In this document: positions 1 through 12,999 of the stretch, piece by piece | Numbering within the stretch: position 1 is the first letter of the stretch | How the letters are laid out: every line of letters starts with the position of its first letter | Assembly: GCA_028023455.1 (NCBI GenBank) | Contig: JAQFVV010000001.1 | Coordinates: forward strand, 35,092,001-35,156,000 | DNA length: 64,000 nucleotides | Reading direction: 5' to 3' | Source of the DNA: Epiperipatus broadwayi | Taxonomy: Eukaryota; Animalia; Onychophora | Translations under genes and position numbers: made by a program | Notes under the pieces: generated by a model | What the model saw: the letters and a program-made list of their open reading frames with translations, nothing else | Told to the model about the DNA's origin: nothing | Database searches by the model: none

Positions 1-148
1 AAATATGGACAACAAATTTAACTTTCATTGTACATTTAAAAAAAATAAATTATACAAACTAAAAAAAAAATTAATTTCATCTTTTTAATAAGATGGCTAA
101 ATTTACTTTTTCCTAGCTTTTACCAAATGCCAATATATTTGTACCATA

Positions 149-217
149 TATAAATAAACGGTACAATATATATATATAACAATATAAATAAACGGTACAA
201 TATATATATATAACAAT
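149..217. repeat. Short tandem duplication (~35-bp unit, two copies)
   Basis: 'tataaataaacggtacaatatatatatataacaa' occurs twice in succession. Confidence 0.85.
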
Positions 218-629
218 GAGTATTTGTAAAAATTGCATAAGATTTTAATGTTATTGTTTTTTAAAATGACTAAATTCAAGTTTGTATAAGGTTTGTTTGT
301 AATGAAAATATAGTTAAGAATAATCAGTAAATTTTCTTCATTATAATGATTTTCTTAAAGTGTATAATGTTTACATTACAACTGTTTAGAGTTTTTGATA
401 GCAGTTTAATTTTTATTATAAAATACTTTTAATGTTTCATTATATTATAATAATTTCAATTTTCAAAGCTTTATTTTAGCTATTGGATTTTTAAGGCAGC
501 CATTAGCATTTATCTCAATAATAGATACTTTTTTAAAATAGTTCTATCATACATATTTTGATCTTTGACTTTGTCTATGTTTTATAGATTTTTTACAACA
601 GTTTTACAAGAAGTATTTTATAGGTTGAA

Positions 630-1260
630 ATGAGAAGCTAAAGAAAAAAAATTGATGATTATTTAAGTCTTCTACATTATGCAAATGATGTAAGTAAAAA
701 AGAAGGACCAAAGATAAAGGCTAAAAAGACTAAAATAATGTTCATAGATTTTCTCAGAAGAAAATAAAGATTGGTAATCATTGAATTAATAACTATAAAT
801 ATCATTGTTAGTTTATTAATACAGATGGAAATATCAAGGATGAAATTAATCATAGAATTAAACTTTAAGGAAATGCTTTCAATAAAAATAAGTTAATATT
901 AAAAGGAAATATGACTATGTGTTTTAAAAAAAAAAGCTTTAATAGATGTGTTTTATCCATTTTTACTTATGGATCTCAGATATGGACATTTAGCAAAAAT
1001 ACAATATAATGATTTCAGATGACTTAATAAAATATGAAGAGGTTATGTTGAATAATCAATAAAGACTCAACAAGCAGATATCATTGACATTATTGAAAAA
1101 ATTAAAAAACTAAAATTGATCTGGAGTGAACATATTGCTAGAAGAGATGATAATAGGCAGACACTTGATGTCTTTGGACTGGATTTTAAGAGATTGTAAA
1201 AACCTAGAAAGAGACCATGAATGAGATGACTGATTGAAATAAGAAATTTTTTTGCTATAT
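630..1260 (+). mobile_element. Degenerate RTE-clade non-LTR retrotransposon, 3' part of the reverse transcriptase ORF
   Basis: Broken + strand translation gives LHYANDV (YADD-like), GPKIKAKKTKIM, GNIKDEINHRIK, NRCVLSIFTYGSQIWT and KLIWSEHIARRDDNR..KPRKRP. These match typical RTE RT C-terminal motifs (KINxxKTKxM, ExxxRI, LxYGxExW, WAGHxxR). Many stops and frameshifts. Confidence 0.8.
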
Positions 1261-3454
1261 TGTGAAGAAAAAAAATTATGAATAGAAGAATATGAATTTA
1301 ACTTTGAGAGGTTATCCTTCAATAGATCAGTGATGATTAAAAATTGTACATATATTTAAATAATAGAAATTTACTAAAAATTCTCTATGTATTTATTTAT
1401 ATAAATAATTTTTCAGCTACAGAATTTAAATCTAAAAATCTATGAAAATTTCTATTTTAAAAAATGTTTTATTTGTGATATCTTTATATATCTATGTCAA
1501 GTTTCAAGTTAGATAAAAATAGAGTTATTTTTTTCTAGTCTTTGCTAAGCAATTGCAAATATAAAGACCATTTACCAGATACTTATTATTGATATTGGTG
1601 GATATTTTTTTGTTTTAAGCTATAGTACTAATTTTTTTTCAACAAATAGTGTAGTTAACAATGATGTATAAATGATATCAAAAGTTATATGCAAAGTATT
1701 GCATATGTATAACTATATGCTTGATATATTTTTTATTTTTGTGTATATTATTGTATGTCCTGTTTGATGTAGTGGAATTGTATGACCTAAAAAACCATAG
1801 ATTGTGGTCCAACTCTATTATTTTAAAATAGTCTTGGCAGTAAAATATTTTCTTTGAAAATTTTATATTTATTTTAATTAATTAAAATAATCAATAAAAT
1901 AAACACACAAACTGGAGATGGAAGTAATATGTCAGCCTAGATTTATTAAAGCTATGCTTTGAATATTTTTTTGTATATAGTAGTTTTAACTTCAATATAA
2001 CATAGTAATTTATATACCAACACAAATATTACTTAACTTTTTCAATTTATTACAAACAATATTAGTTCTCTTTTTCTATTTTACACACATCTATTTCATA
2101 TTGAGTAATCATTAATTACCAGATAGCAATTATTCAGAAAGTCTAATTCTATCCAAAGGGTTCAACTATTATTTTGAACATTGAATGATGGAATTTCATA
2201 TTATCTTTTCTACATTGCCACTGAAATTCCCAATTAAGCTTCCAGAGTATAAAATACAGTTGATGTTGTATTGACATTTACTTTGAATGCACCCACATTA
2301 AAGAATGAAAAGTTCTAGTTTTTTATCACAATATTTTCTTAAATTACTTGGACTGGCTTTACTGCTGTTTCAATATTGATGGATTCTCTGTTGACTTTTA
2401 ATTCAGATTCTGAATTAAAATTTTCTATATGTTTTTAAATCATTTTGACAAGTTTTTTTATTTTGAATCAAGATCAGTGTTTCTATTGTGAAAAAATTAA
2501 TGATAATATTTACAGTTTATTTTCCTCTTTCTAAAATTGTTAACAGATATTAATAGAAAAATAAAATATAATATTTACATTTTATTCATGTGGGTGGTGT
2601 GCAATCATATTATAACCATTAACACACATTTTTTGGGAGGGCAGGATTGCATACCTTTGGAAATAGTCCATTGCATTATATGCTGTAACATTAAAATCCA
2701 AAATTTTTATCGTTATGACAATTTACCCCTCAAAAAAATACTTCTGACAAAAAAAAAAACATTGTTAAGAGCGTCCCATCACTTCCTACATTATAATATA
2801 AGTAAAAAAAAAAAAAAAATTGATATAAAGTTTCTTTATAAAATTTATCAAATTCATTTCCTTTTTTCAATTTAACAATCGATTTATTAATTTTGTTTTA
2901 ATTTAACAACTAAAACATTTCCTCGAAACTGTATATTTATCAAAAATATGAGCTGTCATCTTGGTTTACAGGAAAACTCACAAGTATCCAAACTTTTTAA
3001 TTGCTTATCCTCTGTTCTTCTAAATCTTTTTTATTGATAGATAGATTATAAAATCAGGAATTAAAAATCAAAAATGAGGATGAATAATACAACTTTTCTT
3101 GACTCAATATGCCAAGAATAACACAAAATAATGATACCATTCTTGTCAACATGATTTTTTTTCTTGCATATTATAGTTGTTTTAATTGTTTTTTCCTTAT
3201 TAGGCTGACTAACAGTTATACTTAGGACTTTTTTTTTATTTAACTTTAAAAATAAAGCATTCCACTAATTAATACTTCTCAAAAGCAATTTGGAAAAAAA
3301 CTTTCATACCTTTTAAATGATTATTAAAAAATAATTCCAGCTCAAATAAAACTACTTAAATATTTATGCTTATAACTATTAATATTTATAGCAGCCAGGA
3401 ATGTGCTTATATGCAGAGTAAAGTATTAAACTTTCAATTAAAATTGGCATAGAA

Positions 3455-4997
3455 CAGTGGAATTCAACCTTTTCACACCTGCGGACTGGTAAAAATAAGG
3501 ATAAGATTTCGCAGATTGGCAGAAGTTTACAGATAAAATTTCTTAAAGATGTAACCTGCTTAGCATTAGATAAGCATAATTGTTATAACTGACCAAAACA
3601 GCACACTAGTTAATGTGTCTAGTATTGGTGTTGCTTACCTTCACATGCTGAACAGTCTTTCTCGAGTTGCGCAGTCATACTGCTACAGAAAACATACAAT
3701 AACAATCATTCTCATTAATGTGCTTGCATTTTACATTTATTATTTCATTGTTAAAACATGCAAGAATAAAATGTTATTCACCTGAATGTTGAAAAAGTCA
3801 AAAGTTTTGATATTATTTGGGGGGGTAAATGGGTTGAGAAATACTTTGTCATCACTGAGACAAAAGATAGACACCAAAGTTATTTTTTGTTTGTTTTTAT
3901 TTTTAAAAAAAGGTAACAAAAATTGGTTTTAAAAATAAAAGTTAGTATTTTAGCAGTATACAAATAAAGCCAAAAAAATTATTGCCTTATAGGCCAAAAA
4001 AAAGTGGGCGTATTTTTAAACAAACAAACAAAAAAAAGAAAACGAAACTTGAAAAGTCAAAAGTTTTGATCTTACTGCATTTTGGGGTGGTGGGGGTGTA
4101 TTGAGAAATACTTTGTAAAAGTTAGAGACAGAACTTATTTTTTGGTTTTTATTTTTAAAAAAAGGTAATAAAATTGAGTTCAAAAATAAAAGTTGAAGTG
4201 GGTTGAGAAATACTTTGTCTTCATTGATACAACAGTTATTTTTGGTTTGTTTTTATTTTTAAAAAAGGTAATAAAAATTGGTTTTAAAAATGAAAGTTTT
4301 AGTATATCAGTGGTATACAAAGGCAAAAAAGATATCTCCTTATAGGCTAAAAAAAAAGTGGCCATATTTTTAAACAAAAAAACAAAAACAAAACTGAAAC
4401 TTGAAAAAGTCAAAAGTTTTGATCTTACTTTATTTTGGGGTGGTGAGGGTGTATTGAGAAATACTTTGTAAAAGTTAGAGACAGAACTTATTTTTTGGTT
4501 TTTATTTTTAAAAAAAGGTAATAAAAATTGATTTCCAAAATAAAAGTTAAAGCCAAAAAAAAAAAAAAAATCGCCGTATAGCCAAAAAAAAATCCACTAA
4601 ATATGAAATATTAAAAGAGAGAGTAGAAAAAATTTAAGAGATCAAAACATTTTATTGTTTTAACAATGCTAACAAGCTGCCATGATTGGCTATCAAAAGA
4701 CAACCGGAGTTTGTATAATAAAAAACTTTTTTGTACCCCCCCCCCAATAAACATCTATGATAAATAGAAAAACAAATTAATTTATGTATGATTGATTAGA
4801 TTTTGTTTTTGTTCTGTTTCTTTTTTTTTAATTGGGAAAAAATGTGATGAAAAATAAATAAAAATTGTTCATATTAATTAAAAGTTTAAAATCTTATTAT
4901 TTTGTTATTACAAATTTTTTTGCCAGTCTAACTGTGGACCGGCAGAAAACTTCTGCGGCCCAGTGCTGGTTCGCAGACTGGTTGTTGAAGACCACTA
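3455..4997. mobile_element. Non-autonomous hAT-type DNA transposon (~1.5 kb)
   Basis: Imperfect TIRs: CAGTGGAATTCAAC at 3455 and GTTGAAGACCACTA ending at 4997. 8-bp TSD gcatagaa (3447-3454) / gcataaaa (4998-5005). No transposase ORF. Confidence 0.75.
3790..4560. repeat. Complex tandem minisatellite inside the hAT element
   Basis: 'gaaaagtcaaaagttttgat' recurs at ~3790, ~4051 and ~4402. 'ttgagaaatactttgt...ttttaaaaaaaggtaa' recurs at ~3835, ~4100, ~4204 and ~4455. Confidence 0.85.
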
Positions 4998-5105
4998 GCA
5001 TAAAATACATAAATAACTCATACACATACATGCATATATATTATCAATAAAGAAAGTCATATATAATGAAATGAAATACAGAGAGTGTACCAATAGTCAA
5101 ACAAG

Positions 5106-5329
5106 CTCTTAATTGATAAGTGCAGTAAGAGAAAATATTTAAAATCTCTATCCAAAATACTCTTATCCCCAGACCAATTGGTTTCAAGCTTATGGCTCAT
5201 CTCAGTTATGAGCTAGAATATTCAGACATTAGAGATGGTTTATAAGCTTGAAACCAATTGGTCTGGGGATAAGAATATTTTGGATAGAGATTTTAAATAT
5301 TTCCTCTTACCGCACTTATCAATTAAGAG
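5106..5329. repeat. Near-perfect inverted repeat (88-bp arms, 48-bp spacer) carrying hammerhead-like motifs
   Basis: Arm 5106-5193 is the reverse complement of arm 5242-5329 with ~3 mismatches. Both arms read outward as ...AAGCTT-GAAAC-CAATTG-GTC. Confidence 0.9.
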
Positions 5330-5662
5330 TGTGTATGCATATATATATATATATATATATAATGGATTCCATAACAAATGTTAAATAAAATCAGTATAAA
5401 CTTTATATATAAAAATTTGCTGCTCAATATTCCTTTCCTTCAAATAAATAAAGACCTCGAAAAAGCCAAATGATTCTAAAGATGTATTTCTGCTAAACTA
5501 GCTTTCTCTATTTGCTCAGATTTCCTCTCATATGACTTTATTATCATTCATTATATATATATATATTGTATATGGACCTATATATATTTACAATATATAT
5601 ATATATATGCAATAATTATTGTAAAGTGGAAGTAAGTATCTCCCACTGAGTTATGTAATATT

Positions 5663-5866
5663 AAAAACCAATAAAAAGATAGACTGATACCATTCTATCT
5701 TTGGGCCCTATTGTTATAAAGGCTTAGTTTTTGACTTGATTTTTAAATTATACAGTGAATTTTATTGTTTTAATTTATGAACACCATTAAAATATTCAAA
5801 AACTAAGCTTATATAGCAACAGTCTCCAAAGATAGAATGGTATTTTATCTTTTTATTGGTTTTTGA
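5663..5866. repeat. Fold-back (MITE-like) inverted repeat, ~70-bp arms
   Basis: aaaaaccaataaaaagata...cattctatctttgg...cttagttttt is mirrored by aaaaactaag...ccaaagatagaatgg...tatctttttattggttttt. Confidence 0.8.
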
Positions 5867-7550
5867 CAGAAGATAGTTACTTCTGTTTTATAATTACAGA
5901 TATATAGAAGTTATGATTATTTATTTATTCTTGCAATTATTATTGTATAAAAATGTCTTCCTATGATAAGTAAAAGAAAGTAAAATTGTATATGAAAAAA
6001 AACAAAAAAACTTATAAATTACCTACAATAAAAATTATGATTTCAATTTTACACTGGCTATTTATATCAGTTACATATTATTAAGATTGAAAATAAAAAT
6101 TTAGTTTTTATTTCAATAGAAAAATGTGTTGTTCTTTTTAAAGTATACTTTTATATTTTTAAAATATATTCAGAGATATAAGCATAACATTACTTGATTA
6201 TTTTATTTTAATATAGTATTGAACATAAAAACAATTCTTTATTCTGATGATATTAATCAGTGTCTAGCGGATGATAGTGCACTTTAATCCTCATTTCCTA
6301 ATTGGTTTCTGGCATTTCTCTTATCAATGCTGACTTCGGGTTTAAAGATAGAACTGGTGTGATTATACATTTGGCAATAATCTTTAACTCTTTTTTTACT
6401 CTAACTATACAAGGAGGATAATTTTGGTTTAAAACATTAGCATTTTTAAAATTTCAGATTATCAACTTAATAGTAAAAAAAAAAAAAACGTTAAATGTGT
6501 CTGATAAATACATAATTGCAGTGGTCCTAGCTTTAAATCCCAAATCTTGTTACATTAAAAGATCATAATAATATCGAAGGTTTTCAAACAAGGTATTTTA
6601 TTGCTATAAAAATAAGTATGATAGTTATAAAAGTGCTGCACAGGTATAAATAATGCAATGTGTGGTATAGTGTTTTTGTGATGCCACGACTTGGTTTGAC
6701 TTCAACTAAAACTTGGACAAGCATTGAGAATTTTGAATAAACTTAGTATTTTTTTAAAGTAGTTGAACATTTAATTATTTGGACGTAATCTAGATGTTTT
6801 TAATTAGAGAGCAAAACATGGCAAAAAATTAATATAGTAACCATTAGATCAACTGACTAATCTGATGACTAATGTCACCTCTCTCAGCGATCCTCTGGGA
6901 GGTTGTTGGATAGGGCTTTGTTCTGCAGTGAATTATTTAAATTTGATTTACTTTTATGTATATATACTTTCTAACACATCTATAATTATAATTTTTTTAA
7001 AAATACATACGCTTTTAACAATTATATTAAGTGTAACAGAGCATTAAATATTATTTTTAAAAGATATCCATATTTAAGATGAAGTTAGGATAGAATTTTA
7101 ACTTTCACAAAAAGCTTTTATTTAGTATTCATATGTGGAAGTTGTTAAAAAAGGAAGTTTGATCTTTAAATACAAATTGTCAGAAACTATGTCTAAAAAG
7201 GTCACATATAATTCTGTTGGTTTCCAATAGAATTACAGATAAAATCTATATTCTAGTCAATGAAAATGTTATAAATAATTTAGTTATTCAGTCGTTCAAG
7301 CCATTAGGTCTTAAATGGAGCCCATCTTTTTTCTCCTCATTTTTTTTATTATATTAATTTTATGCACCAACAATTTAATGTGTAAAAGGAAGGCTGCTAA
7401 CGCCTTTCAAACGTATTCTGTTACATTTATTTTTGATTTACTATTGATTTCTCTCATTTTAATTGTTCTCTATAAAACAACAGCAAAACTATGATTCAAG
7501 AATAAGCAAATATTCATAAAAGAAAACGGAAATACTTTACTTACATTTAT

Positions 7551-7830
7551 AGATGGCTGAAAAGTTGAAGGGTGAAGAAGATCGAAGCCTGTCTGTCCAT
7601 TTAAGTTTGAAGATTTGCTATCTTAATATAAACTGTGCACTGATTATATATATGTGTGGGAGATGATAATCTGGACCAGCTGATGCTTGCTGGTTTAGCA
7701 CAAAATATATATATATTGGAGATCATTTATCTTTTGCACATATATGTGATCATGTGTATCAGTTATGTAAGATGAAGTGGATAGCTGAAGAAAACTTGAA
7801 AGCCTGTGTTCAAACCCCTCTAATTATAGC
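7551..7830 (+). mobile_element. ~270-bp dispersed repeat (copy A) with a central degenerate hammerhead ribozyme
   Basis: Alignable end-to-end with 19196-19455 and partly with 10406-10628. Core at 7676-7719: ccag-CTGATGc-tTGCT-ggttt-AGCAC-aAAA-tatatatata-ttgg. Confidence 0.75.
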
Positions 7831-9942
7831 TACACCTTCTAAAATTAAAACAGGCAAAACTCTCTATACATAATGTGATGTTTATTAACTTCTAAAATTG
7901 AAAAAAAGTTATATTTCCTCATTTTAATGGTGAAAGAATTTTAAAAAAAAAGGAAATAGGAAATGAGAGAGAAAAACAATACTTCCACTTTCACCTAGAT
8001 TAAAATATTCTACTCACGGTAGGATTCTTGATGGTCATTTTAAATATTAAGCATAGGTCGCAATACATATACCCTCCCCTATCATTATATCTTAAATCAA
8101 CACTAATCTTTTTATTTCTTATATTTCTTTCTTATATAATTATTTTTATTCACACAATCCTCATAAAATTTTACATTGAAAATTCATATGCTCAAATGAA
8201 AACTTATGTTAATAATCTCACTTTAGTGAATTAACATGATACATGTTTAAACTAGACCATGAGCAAATTTTCAAGCAGTCATGAGTCATTATAAAGCTAC
8301 ATTACTGAACTAAAATTTAATAAACACTGTATTTAATACAAGATGTATAAAAAACAAAATTACTTATAAATAAAATTTATATAACTTTTATATAACAAAA
8401 ACAGAAAGAAATTATTTATAAACTTTAGGGAAAAGCTTTGTATAAGACACATTCATCAATATCTTAAATATTAGTTATTGCATGAGATGTGTAATTCATA
8501 ATTTATAAATAATTTTTGAGATACTTAATTTTGCTTTTAATTTTGTTTTTGATTTTATAGCTTTTATATGAGAAAATATCTGTTAGAACTACCAAACATG
8601 ACGCCTTATATTTTGTCAAAGCATGCTGTTTTGGATAGTATTTTTTTTTTATGAAATGCTGCATAAAATTGTAATACATGATCATTTTGAAAATATTTAC
8701 CAAACAGAAGAAGTTCTCTGCCATATAGTTCAATTATTTCCTTCTGTAATTTCTTTCATGCTATTTTTTCAACATTTTAGTATTAAATGAATTTACAAAA
8801 AAGATTAATATTGGCTTCTTTTAACTTTAAAGCCATTAAATCTAGAACTGTTTTCTTTTTATATCATTTAACTCTTAGAATAATAAATGTACCCAGACTT
8901 CTTTGTAATTAGCTAATGAAAAAAAATAGAATGTGTTGTCAATCCTGAGTTGATTTTTCCCAAATTTGATTCTTCATTTCAAAAACTTTGACACAAAAAG
9001 TCATGAATCGATTGATTTAAATTAAAATTATTTAAACAAATTGTAACACCTACAAAAATGTAATGCCATTAATCTACTTATTCAGCTCAGGGATATATTT
9101 ATTTTTTATTTCCAAATAGTTGCATACTTCTCTGGATCTTTAAAAACATTGAAGCATTTTGAATTTTATTACCCATTGAATGATCTAATACAGTACCAGA
9201 TCTCTAATAATCAGATTCAAGTTTTACAAATCTTTAAACTAATGATAGTTAAATGCTCAGAATTTTATAAAACTGATGCTTGAAATAATTTGCATAATGC
9301 TTTCAAATTTTTCTTCAACTTGGTATATTAAATTTGTAATGGATTTGTTGCAAAGCCATTGAAGCCATAAGATCAATTTATTAAAAAATAAAGACCCCCC
9401 CCCATAGTTTATGTGCATTCATGTTTAAATAATGTAACAAACTGCTCTTAAATAGGCCTATTTTCAGTAGATCTGTGAACATGTGAATATTGTTTCAACA
9501 CATTATTTATAATTTCTAAAAGCAGAAAGTAAATACTTTAAAATTTAAATTTTAAACTTTTATTGTTTAATATTCATTCATTTACACTAACCTTAATTGA
9601 GAAAAAAATATAACTTGATGGATAAAAATGAAGAGAGCATATAAAATTTAATGCAAGATATTACTGACATTATCATGAAATAAATCTGTCATACAAAGAG
9701 TCATAAAGAATTGCACAGAAAGTCATGAAGGCCCACACATGTTTATGGACTTCAAGTTGACTGTTTTACAACTTATGACTGCAAACAAGCAAATTGTTGA
9801 TAATTTATTTCAAAAATGACTTAATGGTGAAATATTTTGGCAAATATAATTTTAAAAAATATTCCAAATTAATAAATCAATGGGTTTATAGATGGCTTTA
9901 ATTTTATAAAAAAAATATTTAGCCAATTTTTAGTTAATTAAT

Positions 9943-10230
9943 ATGATAATAATGTGAAAGGCTAAAACCTTTAACAGATGTGCCTTAAAAATGCTTATGT
10001 GACAGCCAATCAGATGTAATAATGACTGCACATGGAATTCTCAATTCAAAAACAAGCCAGAAATACGAGAAAAAGATGGAAGCATCTTCTCTTCTTAAAT
10101 TTATTTATAAATAAGCCAGACTAATTGAGAGTTCCTTCTGCAGTCATTATTACATCTGATTGGCTATCACAAGAGCATTTTAAGGTGCATCTGTTAAAAG
10201 TTTTAACCTTTCACATTATTATTATATCAT
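9943..10230. repeat. Fold-back MITE-like palindrome (~105-bp arms)
   Basis: atgataataatgtgaaagg...gacagccaatcagatgtaataatgactgca...ctcaatt is mirrored by aattgag...tgcagtcattattacatctgattggct...cctttcacattattattatatcat. Confidence 0.85.
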
Positions 10231-10405
10231 CAGCTTGTGCTTAATAAATTTAATATATTTAATTAATATGACAAAAAATTGACAATGCTTTTCTTCATAT
10301 TTATAAAATCAATTTAAAATCTTTTGGGATAAATTATTTTGGACTTTTTATTAAAAAAATTGTTTGCTAATATTTTTATTTTTTAAAAAAGAAACTATTC
10401 GATCA

Positions 10406-10628
10406 AATTAGAAGGGATTCAAACTCAGACTTTCAAGCTCCCTACAGCTATTTATTACATCTTATGCAACTGATACGCATGACTACATACATGTGAAAAA
10501 GATAACCAGTGTTAAATAGATATATTGGAGTTTTTTTCCACATATATGTGGTCATGTGTATTGGTTGTATAAGATGGAATGAATAATTGTAATGAGCTTG
10601 AAAGTCTGACTTCAAATCCCTTCTAATT
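10406..10628. repeat. Head-to-head inverted dimer of the 3' half of the 7551/19196 repeat family
   Basis: 10406-10505 is the reverse complement, and 10525-10628 a direct copy, of the post-ribozyme half (tattggag...cacatatatgtg.tcatg.gtat...cttgaaagtctg..ttcaaatccc). Confidence 0.8.
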
Positions 10629-11692
10629 ACATTAAGTTTAGCATAGACAATATACTTGTATTTAAACTTTAATAAAAGTACATAATAAATAAATACATAT
10701 ATACATACATACATACATACATATAGCTACCATTTGTAAACAAGTATAGTCATTTTACAAACACAGACACCCAAAAAGAATGAAATAAAGGAAAAAGATA
10801 ATAAAAAAAAGCTCTAGAGATGTGTTTTATAATGATTATAGAAAAGAATCTGCAAAACATGAATGTATTTATATATAAAACACGCTGGTACATTTTTCTG
10901 TTTATTTGTTATTTTGCAAACTTTTCTTTCTAAAATACTTCAAGACCAAGTCTAATTGTAGCTCTCCAATGTATTTTTCCAAGGGAAGCAATGAACATTG
11001 CATTTCTTTAGAACATCTGTGTTATAATCTGAATAATAAAAATGGGGTCTACCTCTGCCATGAAATCCATGTTCAAGTTCACTGTAAAACATTCTTTTAG
11101 GAAATCTTAAATTCATCAATCATTTTAAATGTCTAATTTAATGAAGGTATAATTTTACAATAGTGGATTCTATGATAAAACATGTCTAGTAAATTAAAGA
11201 ATATATTGATTGGTTTATGATTTTGCCATAGTATTTTTAAAATTTTGTGCAATATCCTTAAATGCTTTTCTAATGCATTCATATTATCAATATTGTGTCC
11301 AAGTCTCATTTTTCATACAACGAATTAGGTAAAGTAATATCTCTCTATATAGCAAATTTAGTTGAAGTAGTAGGTGTTTTATAAGTGTATCATCATAAGA
11401 TTGATGTATATTTTTATAGACTTTAGTGAATCTGAATAAGAAATAATAATTTTAAACTTATTAATAGAATGCAAAATGCACTAGATTATTATCATTCAAT
11501 TGCAAAATTGTCTTACAAACTTATTTCCATTTTAAGGAAGAGAAACCATAAAGTATGTGAAATGGAAACTTGTCAAAGTTTCAGCTATTTTTTCTCACTT
11601 ATTGTTCAGCCTTTTTCTATGAGCATATGAGATATCCTGAGTCTTAGTCTTTCTTTTATTGTTTAATTCATATAGCAAGTTTCAAGAAAAGT

Positions 11693-12595
11693 TGAAGGTA
11701 AAACTTTATTTAAGGCTAAGCGTAGTCTGTAAATAATAAGAAATTTCAAATAGTCTGATTTTTCATAGCTGCTATTTCCACTGTTGCAGTTAATAATTCC
11801 TGTGCATTTCAGTTGTAGAGCTTGTAGACTCACAGTTTGTAGAGCCAAACATATTTTTTAGGATTTAGCTATACATTTTGCTATTCACACTTGATAATAT
11901 TGCAACTTAAATTAAGAGTTCTAATTTAATTTCCTTCTTTATCTTTATGTTTTCTCTTTTTTTTTTTAAAAGAGAAGTTTTCATTTTTGTTATATGTTTA
12001 ACAGTGAAGAACAAAAAATAAAATGTCTTATTTTATTATACACTTTCTGTCATTACAGCAGTTCTCTCTCCAAAAAAAAAAACCTTTGGGCAGGTCTATT
12101 TTTTTAGCCAATTAGATTTCTTTTCATTTACATATCTGTTTAAAAAAATGACAATGAAAAAAAGAAAAAAAAAGTGTTTATGTTATCTTATTCTATAAAT
12201 TAATTTAAAAGAAATTAAATAAATCCTTCAATTAAACATAAATAATCTTTAAGATTATTTAAAGAGAAAAACAAATAATTTTTTGTTTTTTTAATTATCT
12301 TACTATATTTGATGTAATATGCTATTGGTTTTCACTTTTAGATTAAGCACAGTTTATCTAATTTAGTATTTGGATACAGAGCAAAATCAATATATAAAAG
12401 AAAAAAAAGAAAGGAAAAAAAATTATATAATAATAAAAAATGGAATTATATAACCTCACTGTTCACTAACTTTGAACACAAGGGTCAAGCACACTAAATT
12501 CTTGCCATGATAATCAAATCATCTGGAAGAAGAGAGAGAAATTTTAACTAGTTCTACCAACCTATATTTATTTTGCACTAAAATATAAGGTTAAA
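11693..12595 (-). repeat. 3' LTR of the minus-strand LTR element
   Basis: Homologous to 17766-18675; adjacent to the polypurine tract. Confidence 0.8.
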
Positions 12596-12999
12596 GTTTA
12601 TACCCCCCCCCTATGAAAAATTTCTCTTCTGAAATTATTTTAAGTTTTATGAAAACTTATATTCTAATTTCTGTCCTCCTTTTTTATATTCTGTTTGTTT
12701 ACTAATTAATCTGAACATGGTATGACATTACAAGGATATATAAGCAATATTAATTTGCCTAATGTGTGGGCTTTAGACTACATGCATTGTAGGTCTTAAA
12801 TCTCTTTGTGGGGAAGAGTCAGTTCCCACTAACAAAAGGTTGATCCCTTTTTGTTCTTACTAGCTGGACCAGGATGATTAGAACCATGGGATGAAAAGTT
12901 GGTTTTTTACAACTATGGCTCCTACTCTGGCATTCCTTTTAAATGGCTTAATTTTTAAAAATTTAAGACCTATAGGTTTATCGATGAGAGTTATCTGCA

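Noticed and set aside
1110-1322. 70-aa minus-strand ORF
   Set aside because: Antisense shadow of the plus-strand RTE LINE C-terminus.
10190-10236. Hammerhead-like CTGATGA...GAAA read inward from the right end of the 9943-10230 palindrome
   Set aside because: Stem III is plausible, but stem II is weak and no stem I partner exists.
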